Shown one piece after another: positions 1-12,400 of a DNA stretch of 64,000 nucleotides. The DNA comes from Callorhinchus milii (taxonomy: Eukaryota): positions 30,320,001-30,384,000 of the forward strand of contig NW_024704742.1 of assembly GCF_018977255.1 (NCBI RefSeq), written 5' to 3'. Each line of letters begins with the position of its first letter. Position 1 is the stretch's first letter. The position numbers and the translations under genes are program-made. Under the pieces are notes generated by a model. It made no database searches, was not told the DNA's origin, and saw nothing but the letters and a program-made list of their open reading frames with translations.

Positions 1-200
1 GAACTCCATCCCACAGATCCTCCATCTCACCCCCTCCCTCGCTCCTTCAAAAACCACCTCAAGACCTTCCTCTTCGACCGTGCTTTTGATCTCCTTGCTT
101 CCCCCTCCCCCTCAGCTCGGGTCCGAAACTCTGTCTGTCCAGCGCCTTGGGATGTCCTCCCAACGTGAAAAGTGGTATATAAATGTAATTTTATTGTTGC
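1..200 (+). mobile_element. L2 3' end; further short L2 pieces at about 11770-12140 -, 12295-12755 +, 19080-19390 +, 25490-25925 +, 29180-29360 -, 30826-31040 -, 36435-36880 -, 39110-39600 +, 40550-40950 -, 46900-47420 +, 55670-56100 -, 61030-61260 -, 62740-62940 -
   Basis: Similarity to the 3' part of the L2 at 12833-13400. Confidence 0.8.
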
Positions 201-1129
201 AGGGTGGTGAAAGTGAACTGGGTGGATCTTGGTTCTTCTTTTGCCTAGCAAATTCATATGTTCTTATGTTCTTATCCCATGGAATTATTGTTGAAGTTCC
301 GCTTAACGTTTGCAATTTCTACTTTCACAAGATGTTTTCTGGAAGTTAGCTGTTTAAGTATTCTGACAAATTGCTAAGAATTGGAGGAAAACCACAAACT
401 GCTGTCTTGCAGTTTCTGTTTTACTCAGGACTATTTTGCAAATCTTGAAACATAGAAGATGCTCGGAGAAGTCACAGAAGAGGACTTGGAAATTGATAAT
501 ACTTGATTATTTGACATAGCGCCTTATCATGTATTTTGAGACATCTCGATCCGCTGAGACCAGGGTCCAGTAGTGACTGGGGTGATGAATATGTGGCATG
601 TGGCGTTTGGTGCAATTGAGGATTCTGGTAACAGAGTTTTGAATGGTGGTCCAGCGAGGAGAGAAAGAGGGTATATCATTGGTGACTGTGATAAGGGCTG
701 CCAATTTATTTTGTTGTGGGCAGGATGGAAGTTTAAAGGAAGGGGCTCAAGCAGGGAGTGGAGGGAATCAGCTTTTGTTTCCTTGCTTCCAGTGAGTGAT
801 AACCAAATGTTCTTTGACATTTTTCACCATTGTAAACTGACAACCATAATGTATCGATGACATCTTAAAGCTTTTTCCCATTTGCTTGAGATATATGAGA
901 TATATGTACATATATCTGAAGCCAGAAATTTATTTTGCATTGTTAATTTGGGGGGTTTCACTCACACAGCAAATGTGAGATATATTACTGTACTTCCCCA
1001 AGTGTGTACTAGTTATTTTGTACATAGGTTAATGCTTTGTCAGGAAATCAACTTAAGTTCTGTTACGGTAGCATCTAAAATACAAAGTTATATAATAATA
1101 TAACTTATATAATATAGCATTATATAATA

Positions 1130-1328
1130 ATCCCTCAAGAAAAAAACAATAATAAATTGGTCACTTCAATCCACGACTGTTTGTGGGACACTGGTGTGCG
1201 CAATTTGACTGCCGCATTTCGCCCACAAATATACAGTCAATTCGCTTTACGGTATATTCTGTGAAGCACTTTGAGACGTCTAGAAGACGTGAAAAGCGCT
1301 ATAACAAATGCAAGGATTATTATTATTG
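1130..1328 (+). mobile_element. SINE 3' half (similar fragments at 3175-3380 -, 10350-10467 +, 33765-33990 -, 44870-45035 -, 58170-58447 +, 63150-63270 -)
   Basis: Deu domain plus tail. Confidence 0.8.
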
Positions 1329-4300
1329 TTAAACATGAGCAATGATCCCTTAAGTGACATACTGGAGGAGTACTCCAAGCCTATAGAATATGAGTTAGCA
1401 CCTTAAAGGAAGAGGCAAGAACACAGGAAATACGTCATCACATTTATTCCATACTCACTATTCCAGTTATTATGAGACTGATTGTGCCAATCAACACAGC
1501 CAATTATTGTACTTAATGCCACACCCACATTCACTCTAAATATTCAATCTACTTTTCAAAACAAATCACAAATTACTGAATATATATTGTGCATATATAA
1601 CAGTTTTGGTTGACCAAAAAAGTAATCATACAAGTAACAAAATAGTGTAGATTTTTGCCATTAATCGAGAAATATTCAAATCAAGAAACATTTATTCTGT
1701 TGGCCAACCAAAGAGGATTCCATTCTTCTGCATTCCTCTTCACTACTTACCATGCCTCCCAGTTCAGTGTCATCTGACAATGTTGACACCACACCTGCTA
1801 TAACTCGATCCAAATCATGTATCATGTCTTCAACACACCTCAGAGCAATTCTTGAGATTTTACTGTCACGTGTAAATGATAGTGATAGTGATAGTAAATG
1901 ATAAATGATAGTCACACAAATGTCACACAAATGTCACACAAATTAAGTGAATGACCAACTTTACCTGGGGGATTATTGACCAGGATATTCTTGCAAAGTA
2001 CTAGTAGAAGATGAGGAAGATGGATTAATGGGTAATTAATCAATGCAGGCATGGAGGCTGCAGGCATGGAGGAATGGTATTTCTAGTAAAATAGGTATCC
2101 AGCCTGTGAAGATCCCTCAGAAATGGGAAAGGAAGCCAAAAATGAGTTTTCAGCACCTTGGGACGTCCTCCCAACATAAAAGGTGCAATAGGAAGGTAAT
2201 TTATTGTTGTTTAGCTAAATGGCTTTCAGGGGCTTTACCTGTACTGTGCGCACAGCCGCAAAGCATTAGCTCTTTACTGAGACAAAAATCCTTTACCCAG
2301 GACCAAAGTGGAACTTCAATGTAAACCCTTGTGCTGATGCTATGTTAACTGGTGAATAAAAATATGAATTTTTTTTAAAAACAAGTAATCAAAAGAGGAC
2401 AGGGGTTCGTTGGTTTGAAAAGTAAACCATCCTGACCTGATAATTTGTTTTTTAAAACAGCTTCTAGTATTTGAGGGGAAAAAAGCAATACTGGTAGTTT
2501 GGGACGTCCTCCTGACGTGAAAAGCGCTATATCAAATGCAAGGATTATTATTATTATTATGCATCAGACATTGATTTGTGGTTTATATTGCATCAATTGA
2601 GCTGGAGGTGACCCTTCTTATTCTGAGGCACAGTGTGTGGTGGTGTAGGTATTTCTGGCCACAGTTTCCCCTTGAAGGACCAATGCTTAATTTGCCACGT
2701 CAGATAGTTGCTGAGCTCTTTTTCTTGGCATGACAGTTTACCAGACATTTTATTGAATTTAAAAAAAACAGCTTGATGCTGGGATAAATATTATATTGGA
2801 GACTGAAACATTTTCATTGGCTTCTTGCCTTTGTTTTTTTCCATTTTTATAGAACTTCATCCTGCAGAAATGTCTCAAAGTACTTCAAGTGGAAGTGCAG
2901 CAACCGGGTGTTTTCTTGGTAAACTCGGCAATGATATGAGCACAGCACAGCAAGGTCCCACAAATAGCCTATTAATCTGGAAGATTGCTGGCCGAGACAC
3001 TAGGAGGAAGCTTCTCACTTCTTCGAATACTGTAGTGTCATGGATAGTTAAACAACAACAACTTGCATTTATATAGCACCCTTCACATGGGGTAGTGTCT
3101 TAGAGTGCATAATGCCTATGTGAAGAAGCAGTCAGGTTAACATCTGAAAGATGGTACCTCCTATAATGCAGCATTAATAATAATAATCCTTGCATTTGAT
3201 ATAGCACTTTTCACGTCGGGAGGACGTCCCAAAGCGCTTCACAGAACACACTGTAAAGTGAATTGACTGTATATTTGTGGGCGAATGCGGCAGCCAATTG
3301 CGCACAGCAATGTCCCACAAACAGTCGTAGATTGAAAATGACCAATTTATTATTGTTTTTTTGGTTTTTTGGAGGGATCATTCTCTCAGTATCACCCTGA
3401 TGTTGAACATTGTACAGCAAGAGGTTTCTGGAAGCCAAATTATTTCAGCCATGAGCAATCTTCTTGTGAGTCACTGCTTATAGCATAATGTTTGTATCTT
3501 CCCCTGAGTTATACTCTAATCTTGTTACTGCAATTACTCTACACTGGAACCAACCCCCCAAAAATCTCTTTCAGAATGTTTTTCTCTTATCTCTTTGTCT
3601 CTTGTCTTCTCTTATTTTGGGGGTATAATACCTGCAATACCTGCACAAATATTGTTGTGATTCGTGTGAGGATAGTTCCACCCAGACATCAGATATATTC
3701 AAAAGACTTTTGCCGGAGATTGACACATTTTGAACTGGAGAGCATGGCATAATGCCAGCACACGTCTTATGCTAGCTCAGGACAATATTTCAGGAACCAA
3801 AAGTTTGCCTATTTTTGTATGCTCATCATGTCCATCTATTTGGTCACTTGCATATCCCCCACTTCCTCAAAAGGAAAGTACAGTAAAATCTGTTCAAGCA
3901 ACAACCTCCATTGTTACTTTTTAGTATCAATGAAATGGAATAAGGACGTCTATTTTGCAATTTTCATAATAGAATTCCTTATCGAAGAATCTGGTGGGAA
4001 AAATGCTGTTTGGAGTTACACGTGATGCAGGACTATATTGGGAAACCCAATCGAAAGCCGGCATTGTCAAAGAGTAAAGTTAACACCATGGAGGTATAAT
4101 GTCCACCAGAATATGCAGATGAGATTTAATGCCTCATTCCAAAAATGTAGCACACACCCAGAGTCCAGGAGGGAAGGGAGGACAAGGTAACAGGAGGACA
4201 GTAAAATTTACACTATAGTTACCCTACCCTGGCAGATTTGGAAAACCAGTTATCGGGGCAGGGAGTCATCCCTCTCAACACCTGTTAACCCTGCAGGATC

Positions 4301-5399
4301 CTGCCGTTTTAAGTGGTTAGACTCCAGCAGTACACCAACGCACACTCTGGGGTCCCCAAGCCTTCCCAACCTGCACCTAATACTTTCCAGAATTAGGTAA
4401 GCAAAATGCCTCCCTCCAGTGAGAGAGTGTGTGTTCCATTCCAACAATCTATCTCTTGAAGTGTAAGTGGGATGCATGGAATTCTCCGTTTGGTCTGGAT
4501 ACCCTTAATGATGGATTTCTGTACATGTCAGACATCTGGCCAACAAAAAAAATTCAAAACTGCAATATCCTGCAATCAGTCACGGAATTAATGGCCAATT
4601 TTATCTTTTAAAATTTATTGGCCAGGACACCTGGAGAAACCTCTTTCTCTTTTGGAACAGTGTCATGGGATCTCTAATCTTTTAATCTATTTTCAAACAA
4701 AGCTGTTCCAAGAGCTCATCCAGTAATACATGGGAATTTCCATGTCTAGATGAATGCATGGAACTCTCAGTCCGATTTGGATAATCATGTGATGAATTGC
4801 TAACATGTGTCAGATCAAAAAAGGGTTTAATCTGCTCTCCTGCTGGCTCAACAGCTAATTGACTGGTGTTGGAAGATGTCTGATGACCTGCCCATTCTCA
4901 CCTACGTAACTCCCCTTCTTTTAATACTAAAAGGCTACCAGTTCTGATACATGTCTTAAAACAGTATATAAAAAATCTAGCCCCTTTAACCAACCTTAAA
5001 ACTGAAGTTACACTAGTAGATACTGTGTCATAAACATGATATACCAATTGGCCTACAGAAAAATGTTTCTTTAACACCAAAAAAGTAGATGGTGTCTAAA
5101 TTGCAGCGTTCGATAAGGAATCTTTGCCTTGCTCAGCTGTTAGCACTCATGCCTCAAAGTCAAAACAGACTAGGCTTTTGTGTATTTTGTGTTTCCCTTA
5201 CAGAAACATAACATAATATTTATGTGTTATGGAGGGAGTGGGTGGGCTAGATGAAACAGAAGAGAGTGGGGGCACGAGTGGAATCAGCCAGTGGGCAGCC
5301 AATTGGACCACCCTAACACTCTAGTCCAGTGCCATGACTGCTATCCCCTCTCCACCCCCACCCCACCCGCACCGTCTCCCGTAGCCTGCGGGCTGATGC

Positions 5400-7080
5400 T
5401 GTCCTGCTGATCGCTCACTCCCGGTCCCTGCGTGCGCGTTTTGGCTGCTGCCCCGACCAGAGCTGCTCCCCCTGAAAATGTTCTTGCTCCTATGCCCCAC
5501 ATTCCACTACTCCCACTCTGTCCTTCTCTCCCGCCGGCCTCCTTGCCTTCTCTCTCCTGGACCCCATCATTACCTCACTCTGCTCCAGCCTGGGCAACCT
5601 CTGCCAGGCCCATCGTGGCTCCTGGCGTTGGTTGTCCCAGAGCAGCCACCCCAGCTGTCCCATCGCTCACTCTCTCCGCGCCAACTGCCTCCGAAAGGCA
5701 AACACCCATTCCCCCTCCCTTAACCATACCCTCCCCAACTATCCCTGCTCATCAAACTCCACGGTCATTTCTCCCCCTCAACCCCAGATCCTTTCTATAC
5801 CAATCTCTCCTCCATCCCCCCACCCCACCAGCATCTCCCTCCAAAATGTCCCTTTCACAGGCCAAATCTGACTTTTACTCCAAAATCATCCTGGAGGCAA
5901 ACAATAATCCAAAGATGCTGTTTTGCACTGTCCATCACCTCCTCCATGCATCCCCTCTAGCTCCCTCTATTTTCAAATCAAACGCCAAGTGCGAAGAGGT
6001 CCTAGACTTCTTCGCCTCAAAGATTGAAAACATTCGCTTGGCTGCATCGTGCCCCGGCCACCCCCCCAGGTCCCCTACCACCCCACCCAGACCATCCACA
6101 CTCCCTTCTCTCACACTACCGGCCCATCTCCAATCTACCCTTCCTTGCCAAAGTCCTAGAATGCATTGTTGCAGGTCAACTTCGATAACACCTCTCCCTC
6201 CACTCCCTCCTCGAGCTTCTGCAGTCTGTTTTTCACACTGTCCACAGCACAGAGACAGCGCTTGTCAAAGTCACAAATGACGTCCTCTCTATCTGTGACC
6301 AGGGCTCTCTCTGCCATGTTCGCCACAGTCGACCATGCCATCCTCCTCCACTGCCTCTCCTCCCTCATCCACCTTCGTGGGACTGCACTCGCATGATTTG
6401 AGTCCTACTTAACTAACTGCTTCCACTTTATTTCAGCAAATGGTTTCTCCTCCCACTCTCATCTGGTCACCTGCGATGTCATCCCGTAGAAATGGGGTAA
6501 ACTTCCACATGTATGCGGATGGCACACAAATCTACTTTGCCTCCTCCAGTACCAGCTCTAGGTCCATCGGTATTCTATCAGCTTGTCTGGCAGACATAAG
6601 GGCCTGGATGAGTGCAAACTTCTTTCAGCTGAATTTGGACAAGACGGAAGCCATACTCCTTGGCTCCTGCCAATGTCTTTATGCCTGCGTATCTGAACTC
6701 TTCAACCTCCCTGGCTCTCCTTCACAATTACCGAACCAGTGCACAATCTAGGCATCCTGTTTGACCCCAGCTGTCCTTCCTCCCCCACATCCGTGTATTT
6801 ATACAACGGAAGTTTTAGCTGCAGAGGCTCCGTGACCCTATCACCTTCTTCCCCACTGACTCCATTGGCTCCCCATCCCCCAGAGGATAGAGTCCAGAAT
6901 CCTCGGCCTTGCCTTCAGAGCCCTCCATGGCGTTGCTCCTCCCTATCTCGGTGACTTGCTAACTCCTCATCGAGCTGTTGGCTCCCTTTACTCAGCAGGT
7001 TCTGACCTGCTCCACGTCCCCTGCCCGGCCAAATCCCTGACGGTCCCTACGTGAAAGGCGCTAAACAAATGTAAGTGTTG
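5400..7080 (+). mobile_element. Decayed, internally deleted L2 copy running from the ORF start region to the 3' end
   Basis: 5410-5465 matches the L2 start region at 16215-16265; [15 protein letters not shown] and HMYADGTQ remnants follow. Confidence 0.85.
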
Positions 7081-7228
7081 CTTTAGTTAATGAGCAGTGC
7101 TGAGTACTGGGCTCAGCCTTTGAGTATGATTAAGAGCCTTATAAGGGTAAAGTATGTGGTGCTCATAGAATTTCCCTTGTGTTTTAACAGTTTCGTAGAA
7201 TAAATGTGAAGGGAAACAAGCCTCCGAC

Positions 7229-7461
7229 AACAACAACAAAATTACATTTATAGAGCGCCTTTAACGTCGGGAGGACTTCCCAAGGCGCTGGACAGTCCGG
7301 GGTCAGGACCCCCGAGCATCGGGGAAGGCTGGGGTAGGGGTGAGGGAAGGCAGAGAGGCGGGAGGGCGACTGAAGGCACGATCGAAGAGGAGGCTCTTGA
7401 AACCGGCTTTGAAGGAGCCAAGGGAGGCAGTGAGGCAAAGGGACTGTGGGATGGAGTTCTA
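7229..7461 (-). mobile_element. Short L2 3' end insertion, TSD GACA
   Basis: (CAA)n tail; the empty site is visible in the paralogous sequence at 17068-17080. Confidence 0.8.
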
Positions 7462-8148
7462 GACAGTTATAACAACTTCTAATTATGCAGCTGTCTTCAG
7501 ATTAAAACATTCGACAATGCCGTGGTGAATTACTAGCAGGGAAATTCAGAGACTTAAAGGTGTTTAACAAAGGTTGAGACCTTGGTCACCATTGGTGACA
7601 TAAGCTATAGACCAGGGTTCAACTAGCAGAGGGTCTGGGCTGGAATGCAGGACTGAAGAAGACCGCAGAAGCCGGGTGGGACAAGACAATTTGTAGACCA
7701 GGTGAAGAATCTTAAGCACGATCCTTCGAGCTGCTGCCTCCACCCTCGATCCCTATCAGACATCAAGTCCTGGATGAGAGCCATCTTTCTACAGTTGAAC
7801 GTCAGCAAGATCGAGGCTCTCATGCGTGTCTCGCGCCAGCGCCTCCGCACCTCAGGTGCTGGCGGCTTCAGCCTCCGCGGACGCACAGCTGCACCTCACC
7901 AAGCCGGTCAGGAACCTGGGTGCCTTGTCGTGGAGACGTCTCGAAGCCCCTCAAAGAATATTCCGCAAAGGGAAGTGACCGTACATCTTGCCTGCCGAAA
8001 CAAATGGGCGAGCACACCGCAAGGATTGTGCAGGTGGACAGACCCCAGTTAGTCACCTGAGCAGTTTGTACACCTGTGCGCGTTACCTTCAAACGTTTCA
8101 GGGCGTAGTAACCGTTTATCTTAATTGGGTTATTTGCAGTTTGTTTTG

Positions 8149-8166
8149 ACTTTCAGTTTCACTTTT
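8149..8166 (-). promoter_or_regulatory. IRF-E/ISRE upstream of IL15
   Basis: ACTTTCAGTTTCACTTTT (reverse complement AAAAGTGAAACTGAAAGT) matches the tandem AANNGAAA consensus; mammalian IL15 is a known IRF-1 target. Confidence 0.75.
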
Positions 8167-8177
8167 TGCGATGACGA

Positions 8178-8622
8178 CGAGAGAGAGAGAGAGAGAGAAG
8201 GGGGGGGGGGGGGGGGGGGGAGTTCAGGGACGTTTAAAAACAGCAGACAGAGGGGGTGGGGGGGTGTTTTCTGTGAGGCATCGTGGCTGTTCCCTTTAGC
8301 ATCAGCATCTCAGTCACCCCAGTAATACACACACACACACACCCACACACACCCACCCACACCCACACACATACACACCCACACACACACAGACCCACAC
8401 ACACATACACACCCACACACATACACACCCACACACACACACAGACCCACACACACACACACACATACACAGACCCACACACACACCCACCCACACACAC
8501 ACACACACACAGACCCACACACACACACCCACACACACACACATACACAGACCCACACACACACACACCCACACACACACACAGACCCACACACACACAC
8601 AGACACAGACACACACACACAC
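8178..8622. repeat. Microsatellite block: (GA)n, poly-G, then imperfect (CA)n (8326-8622)
   Basis: Directly visible low-complexity sequence. Confidence 0.95.
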
Positions 8623-8800
8623 AGACTCTGTGCAGCTCTCATCCGCAATACCACACTCGCATTTTGCATTCATTTTGCTTTACTTTTTTTCCACCCGGAA
8701 ATTTTTTTTAAAACAAGAGCGAAGGAGAGAGAGAGAGAGAGAGGAGGGAGTGCGCCGTTCTGCTGCTGCTCCATCAGAGAGAAGAGACTCCTCCTTTACC

Positions 8801-9270
8801 CCCCCCTGCACCCCCCCCCTGCACCCCCTCCTGCACCCCCTCCTGCACCCCCTCCCCCTGCACCCCCTCCTGCACCCCCTCCCCCTGCACCCCCTCCCCC
8901 CCTCCTGCACCCCCTCCTGCACCCCCTCCCCTGCACCCCCTCCCCTGCACCCCCTCCTGCACCCCTCCCCCTGCACCCCCTCCTGCACCCCTCCCCCTGC
9001 ATCCCTCCCCCTGCACCCCCTCCCCTGCACCCCCTCCCCCTGCACCCCCTCCTGCACCCCCTCCTCCTGCACCCCCTCCTCCTGCACCCCCTCCCCCTGC
9101 ACCCCCTCCCCCTGCACCCCCTCCTCCTGCACCCCCTCCCCCTGCACCCCCTCCCCCTGCACCCCCTCCTCCTGCACCCCCTCCTGCACCCTCCCCCTGC
9201 ACCCCCTCCCCCTGCACCCCCTCCCCCTGCACCCCTCCCCCTGCACCCCCTCCCCCTGCACCCTCTCCCC
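8801..9270. repeat. C-rich minisatellite, 12-15 bp unit (CCCCCTGCACCCCCT / CCTGCACCCCCT), about 33 units
   Basis: Directly visible tandem array. Confidence 0.97.
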
Positions 9271-9355
9271 CTGTGCCCAGAGGCGTGTTGGCAGCAGTGG
9301 GTGAGTGAGTGGGTGAGTGGGTGGGTGAGTGAGTGGGTGAGGGCTCTCGGTGACC

Positions 9356-9388
9356 ATGAGCAGCGGCCAGTGGCCGTCCCTCGGGTGA
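9356..9388 (+). other. Upstream ORF MSSGQWPSLG* in the IL15 leader
   Basis: ACCATGA context; TGA ends 9 nt before the in-frame ATG at 9398. Confidence 0.55.
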
Positions 9389-9397
9389 GAAAGTCGG

Positions 9398-9463
9398 ATG
9401 AGCGCTCTCGCGGCTCTCACCCTCACTGGGCTGTCGCTTATGCAGTTTGCTGTCTTCAAACAG
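9398..9463 (+). CDS. IL15: IL15 putative first coding exon ([22 protein letters not shown]); second in-frame ATG at 9440
   Basis: ATG 9398, donor CAG|GTATTT at 9463/9464, phase 0 as exon 2 requires, CpG-rich and downstream of the ISRE. Possible acceptor ...CCCCCTGTGCCCAG| at 9280. No recognisable homology, so less certain than the other exons. Confidence 0.6.
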
Positions 9464-12400
9464 GTATTTTTATACACATTTATTTTTATATATATATATA
9501 TATATATATGCAGACACATCTCTATCTGCATCGCAAATCTAAACTGTGGCTTAGTGTTGCAGGGGTGGGTTTCTTTTTATGCATTTTTATATATATGTGT
9601 GTGTGTGGGGTGGGGGGGGTGTGTGGGGTGGGGGTGGGTGTCATTTTATATATAAATGTAGGTGTCTTCTTACGCACATGTGTGATTAAGAAATGTAAGA
9701 ACGTAAAGGTTTGATGGGCAAAGGTTGTCCAAGGTCCATCCAGTTCACTTTCCGCCATCCAGGCGGTGGCATGTCATGTCATGTCATGTCCCAAACTATA
9801 TGTTGTTTCCCAGAGACATTATCTCCTAACAGAAATCTATCTATAAGAACGTAAGATACCATATATATATATATATATACACATGTGTGTGCGTATGTGT
9901 ATGTGTGCATTTATTTATATATAGTATATTTATATACGGCTTCAGAAAACATAATAATGGAATGGTACAGTTTCACTCTGCACTGCAGTGATCTGATATT
10001 AACAATGAACTTCGAGCTGCAAACTCTGAACTTCACACTGTAAAGCAGCGCCTTGTTCAACACTGGCTGGCGTGACTGATCTGATCCATCACACACTTTG
10101 TGCTTCAAGGTCACGGTGTGTTTTTGTTCCGGTATATTCTGTGCAAAAAGTCCTTTAGAGAATTCACATCCTGAATTTGTGGGTGTTTATCCACAGGATT
10201 CCTTCCTAAGTAAGCTGTAGGATAATATGGTAGAGCAGTTTTTTTTAATTTAGTGTTTAAAATAAAGCGCATTATTTACTTACTAAGTCTTCATGTGAAA
10301 AGTTTTATATCCCTGCTTCGCACTGAGTTTCCCAGTACAGTCTCAGTAATAGTTTTGCCCGCAAAATATAGAGTCAATTCACTTTATAGTATATTCTGTG
10401 ATCCCTTTGGTGACGTCTCAAAAGACGTGATAAGGCACTATATCAAAATGCAAAGATTATTATTATAATATGGAATGTTACCAGCAATTTGCTGGGGAAT
10501 GGGATTTCCAACTAATTCCCTCTTGAAAGCTGAAATGGGTCGTGCCTCAACCACATCCAGTGGGGAATTCATTCCCTGGCCTATCCTATCAACTCTATTG
10601 GCAGGAGTTTGTTCAGTTTGTGCAACTCACAATACTTATTCAAGGAAAACTGTATTTGTATTTGATACATTTAAATTTTAATTCCTGTTTAAAAACCTAT
10701 TATATATTATATTTGTGAATGAGTGACTATTTGGTTAAACAATGGCTGGTGGTTTACATATTAAAGTGTCAGCCTTGCTCAGTAGCATGCTTCTAGGTCA
10801 GAGGGTTGCGGATTTAGGCCCAACGTTGGGACTTTAAACTCACAGTGTAGACTGACTCTGCAGCTGGAAGAGAACTGCATTGTTGGTGGTGCTGTCTTTT
10901 GGATGAGACGTGAAACTGAGGTCATGTCTGCCTGTTCAGTTGGACGTTAAAGCTCCCATGGGACTATCGAAAGAGAGAAGGGAATTTCTCCCAGTTTCCT
11001 GGCCTTTATTTCTCCAGATACAATTGGATAGAATGGAATAGAATTATTATTATTCATCATAATAATAAATACTCTTTGGTAGGAGGAGTCTTCAGGATTT
11101 AATAATCCTTAATTATCCTTGCATTTGATATAGCGCCTTTCATGTCAGGAAGATGTCTCAAAGCACTGCTCAGGATTTACTGTAAACTGTAGTTACTGTA
11201 TTCTGTAGGTGGATGAGGCAGCCAGTTTCTGAACAGCAATGTCCCATCATGTCACTGATTTATAAATTATATATTGAAAGTGATAAAAACACCAATATTG
11301 CAATCTGTTTTACTGTTTATGACCATATTTATGTATCATGCTGTAAGGGTAATGTACTGAAATAATCTTTCCTGGAGGATAAAGGGCAGGGTGGAGATGT
11401 TATTTTGCTGCAAGAACACATGAATACGTGTGTATGAACTTAGTTCTTCAAGTCATAAATTTTACATCCCTGCTATACTGAGTTGCCCAGTAATAATTCG
11501 AGAGAATGGGGCAAGAGGAGGGGAATGGAATTTGAGTAAGTAGCCCTAGTGGGGAGTTAGCAATATGAAAGACACAATGGAGACCTTACAATCTCAGTTG
11601 GTGTAAACATTCTGTCACCGCTGTGCATAAGTACTGTTGAGTTGCTTCCCTGCATTGTTTCAGGGATTTATTTTGTTCAGCTGGGTGTCTGCACATGTGG
11701 ATTACATCAGGATTTTACGTCTCAAAGCACATCACAGTGCTACCTGAGTACCTGTGCTGGGGGTGGAAAGTTGAAGAATGTGGTGAAGCGAAAGATGACC
11801 CAATGTGCGGTCAAAGAGGTATGTTTTAAGGCGGGCTTTGCACATGGGGGGTGGGGGGGAGTCAAAAGGGATTCCGGGATGGAATTCCAGAGAATGGGAG
11901 CAGAATGGCGGAAAGCTTACCTGCCGATGGTGGGGCAAATAGGGCAGGGGACATGATAGGGCAAGTCGATGTTTGTGAGTGAAGGGAGCGGCTGAGTTGG
12001 TAGGAATATAGGAGGTCACAAATGTGGGGTGGGGCAAAATCAATGGAGGGATTTAAAGGTGAGGATGAGGATCTTGAATTTGATCTGCTGGTAAATGGGG
12101 ACCAAATGGAGCTGAGTGAGAATGGGGGTGATAGGCTCACACCGGAGTCTGCTGTGGGAGAGACAGGCTGTTGAGATCTGTATAAAATTGAAGGGCTTTG
12201 TAATCTTTCAGTGTGGTAAAGCTTTATTGAAATGCAAATGATTTCTTTCCTGCACTGGAGAATTCTGTGTATTCGTATGAGAGATATTTTAGCTGCTGAG
12301 GCTCCGTGACCCTATCACCCCCTTCCTCCCCTGGCTCCCAACATCCAGAGGATAGAGTTCAAAATCCTCGTGCTCGCCTTAGAAGCCATCCTTGGCTTTG

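Noticed and set aside
8801..9270. CRISPR-like array
   Set aside because: No unique spacers, eukaryotic context, no cas genes.
8234..9758. Long Cys/Val-, His/Thr-, Gly- and Pro-rich ORFs
   Set aside because: Translations of (CA)n and the C-rich minisatellite.
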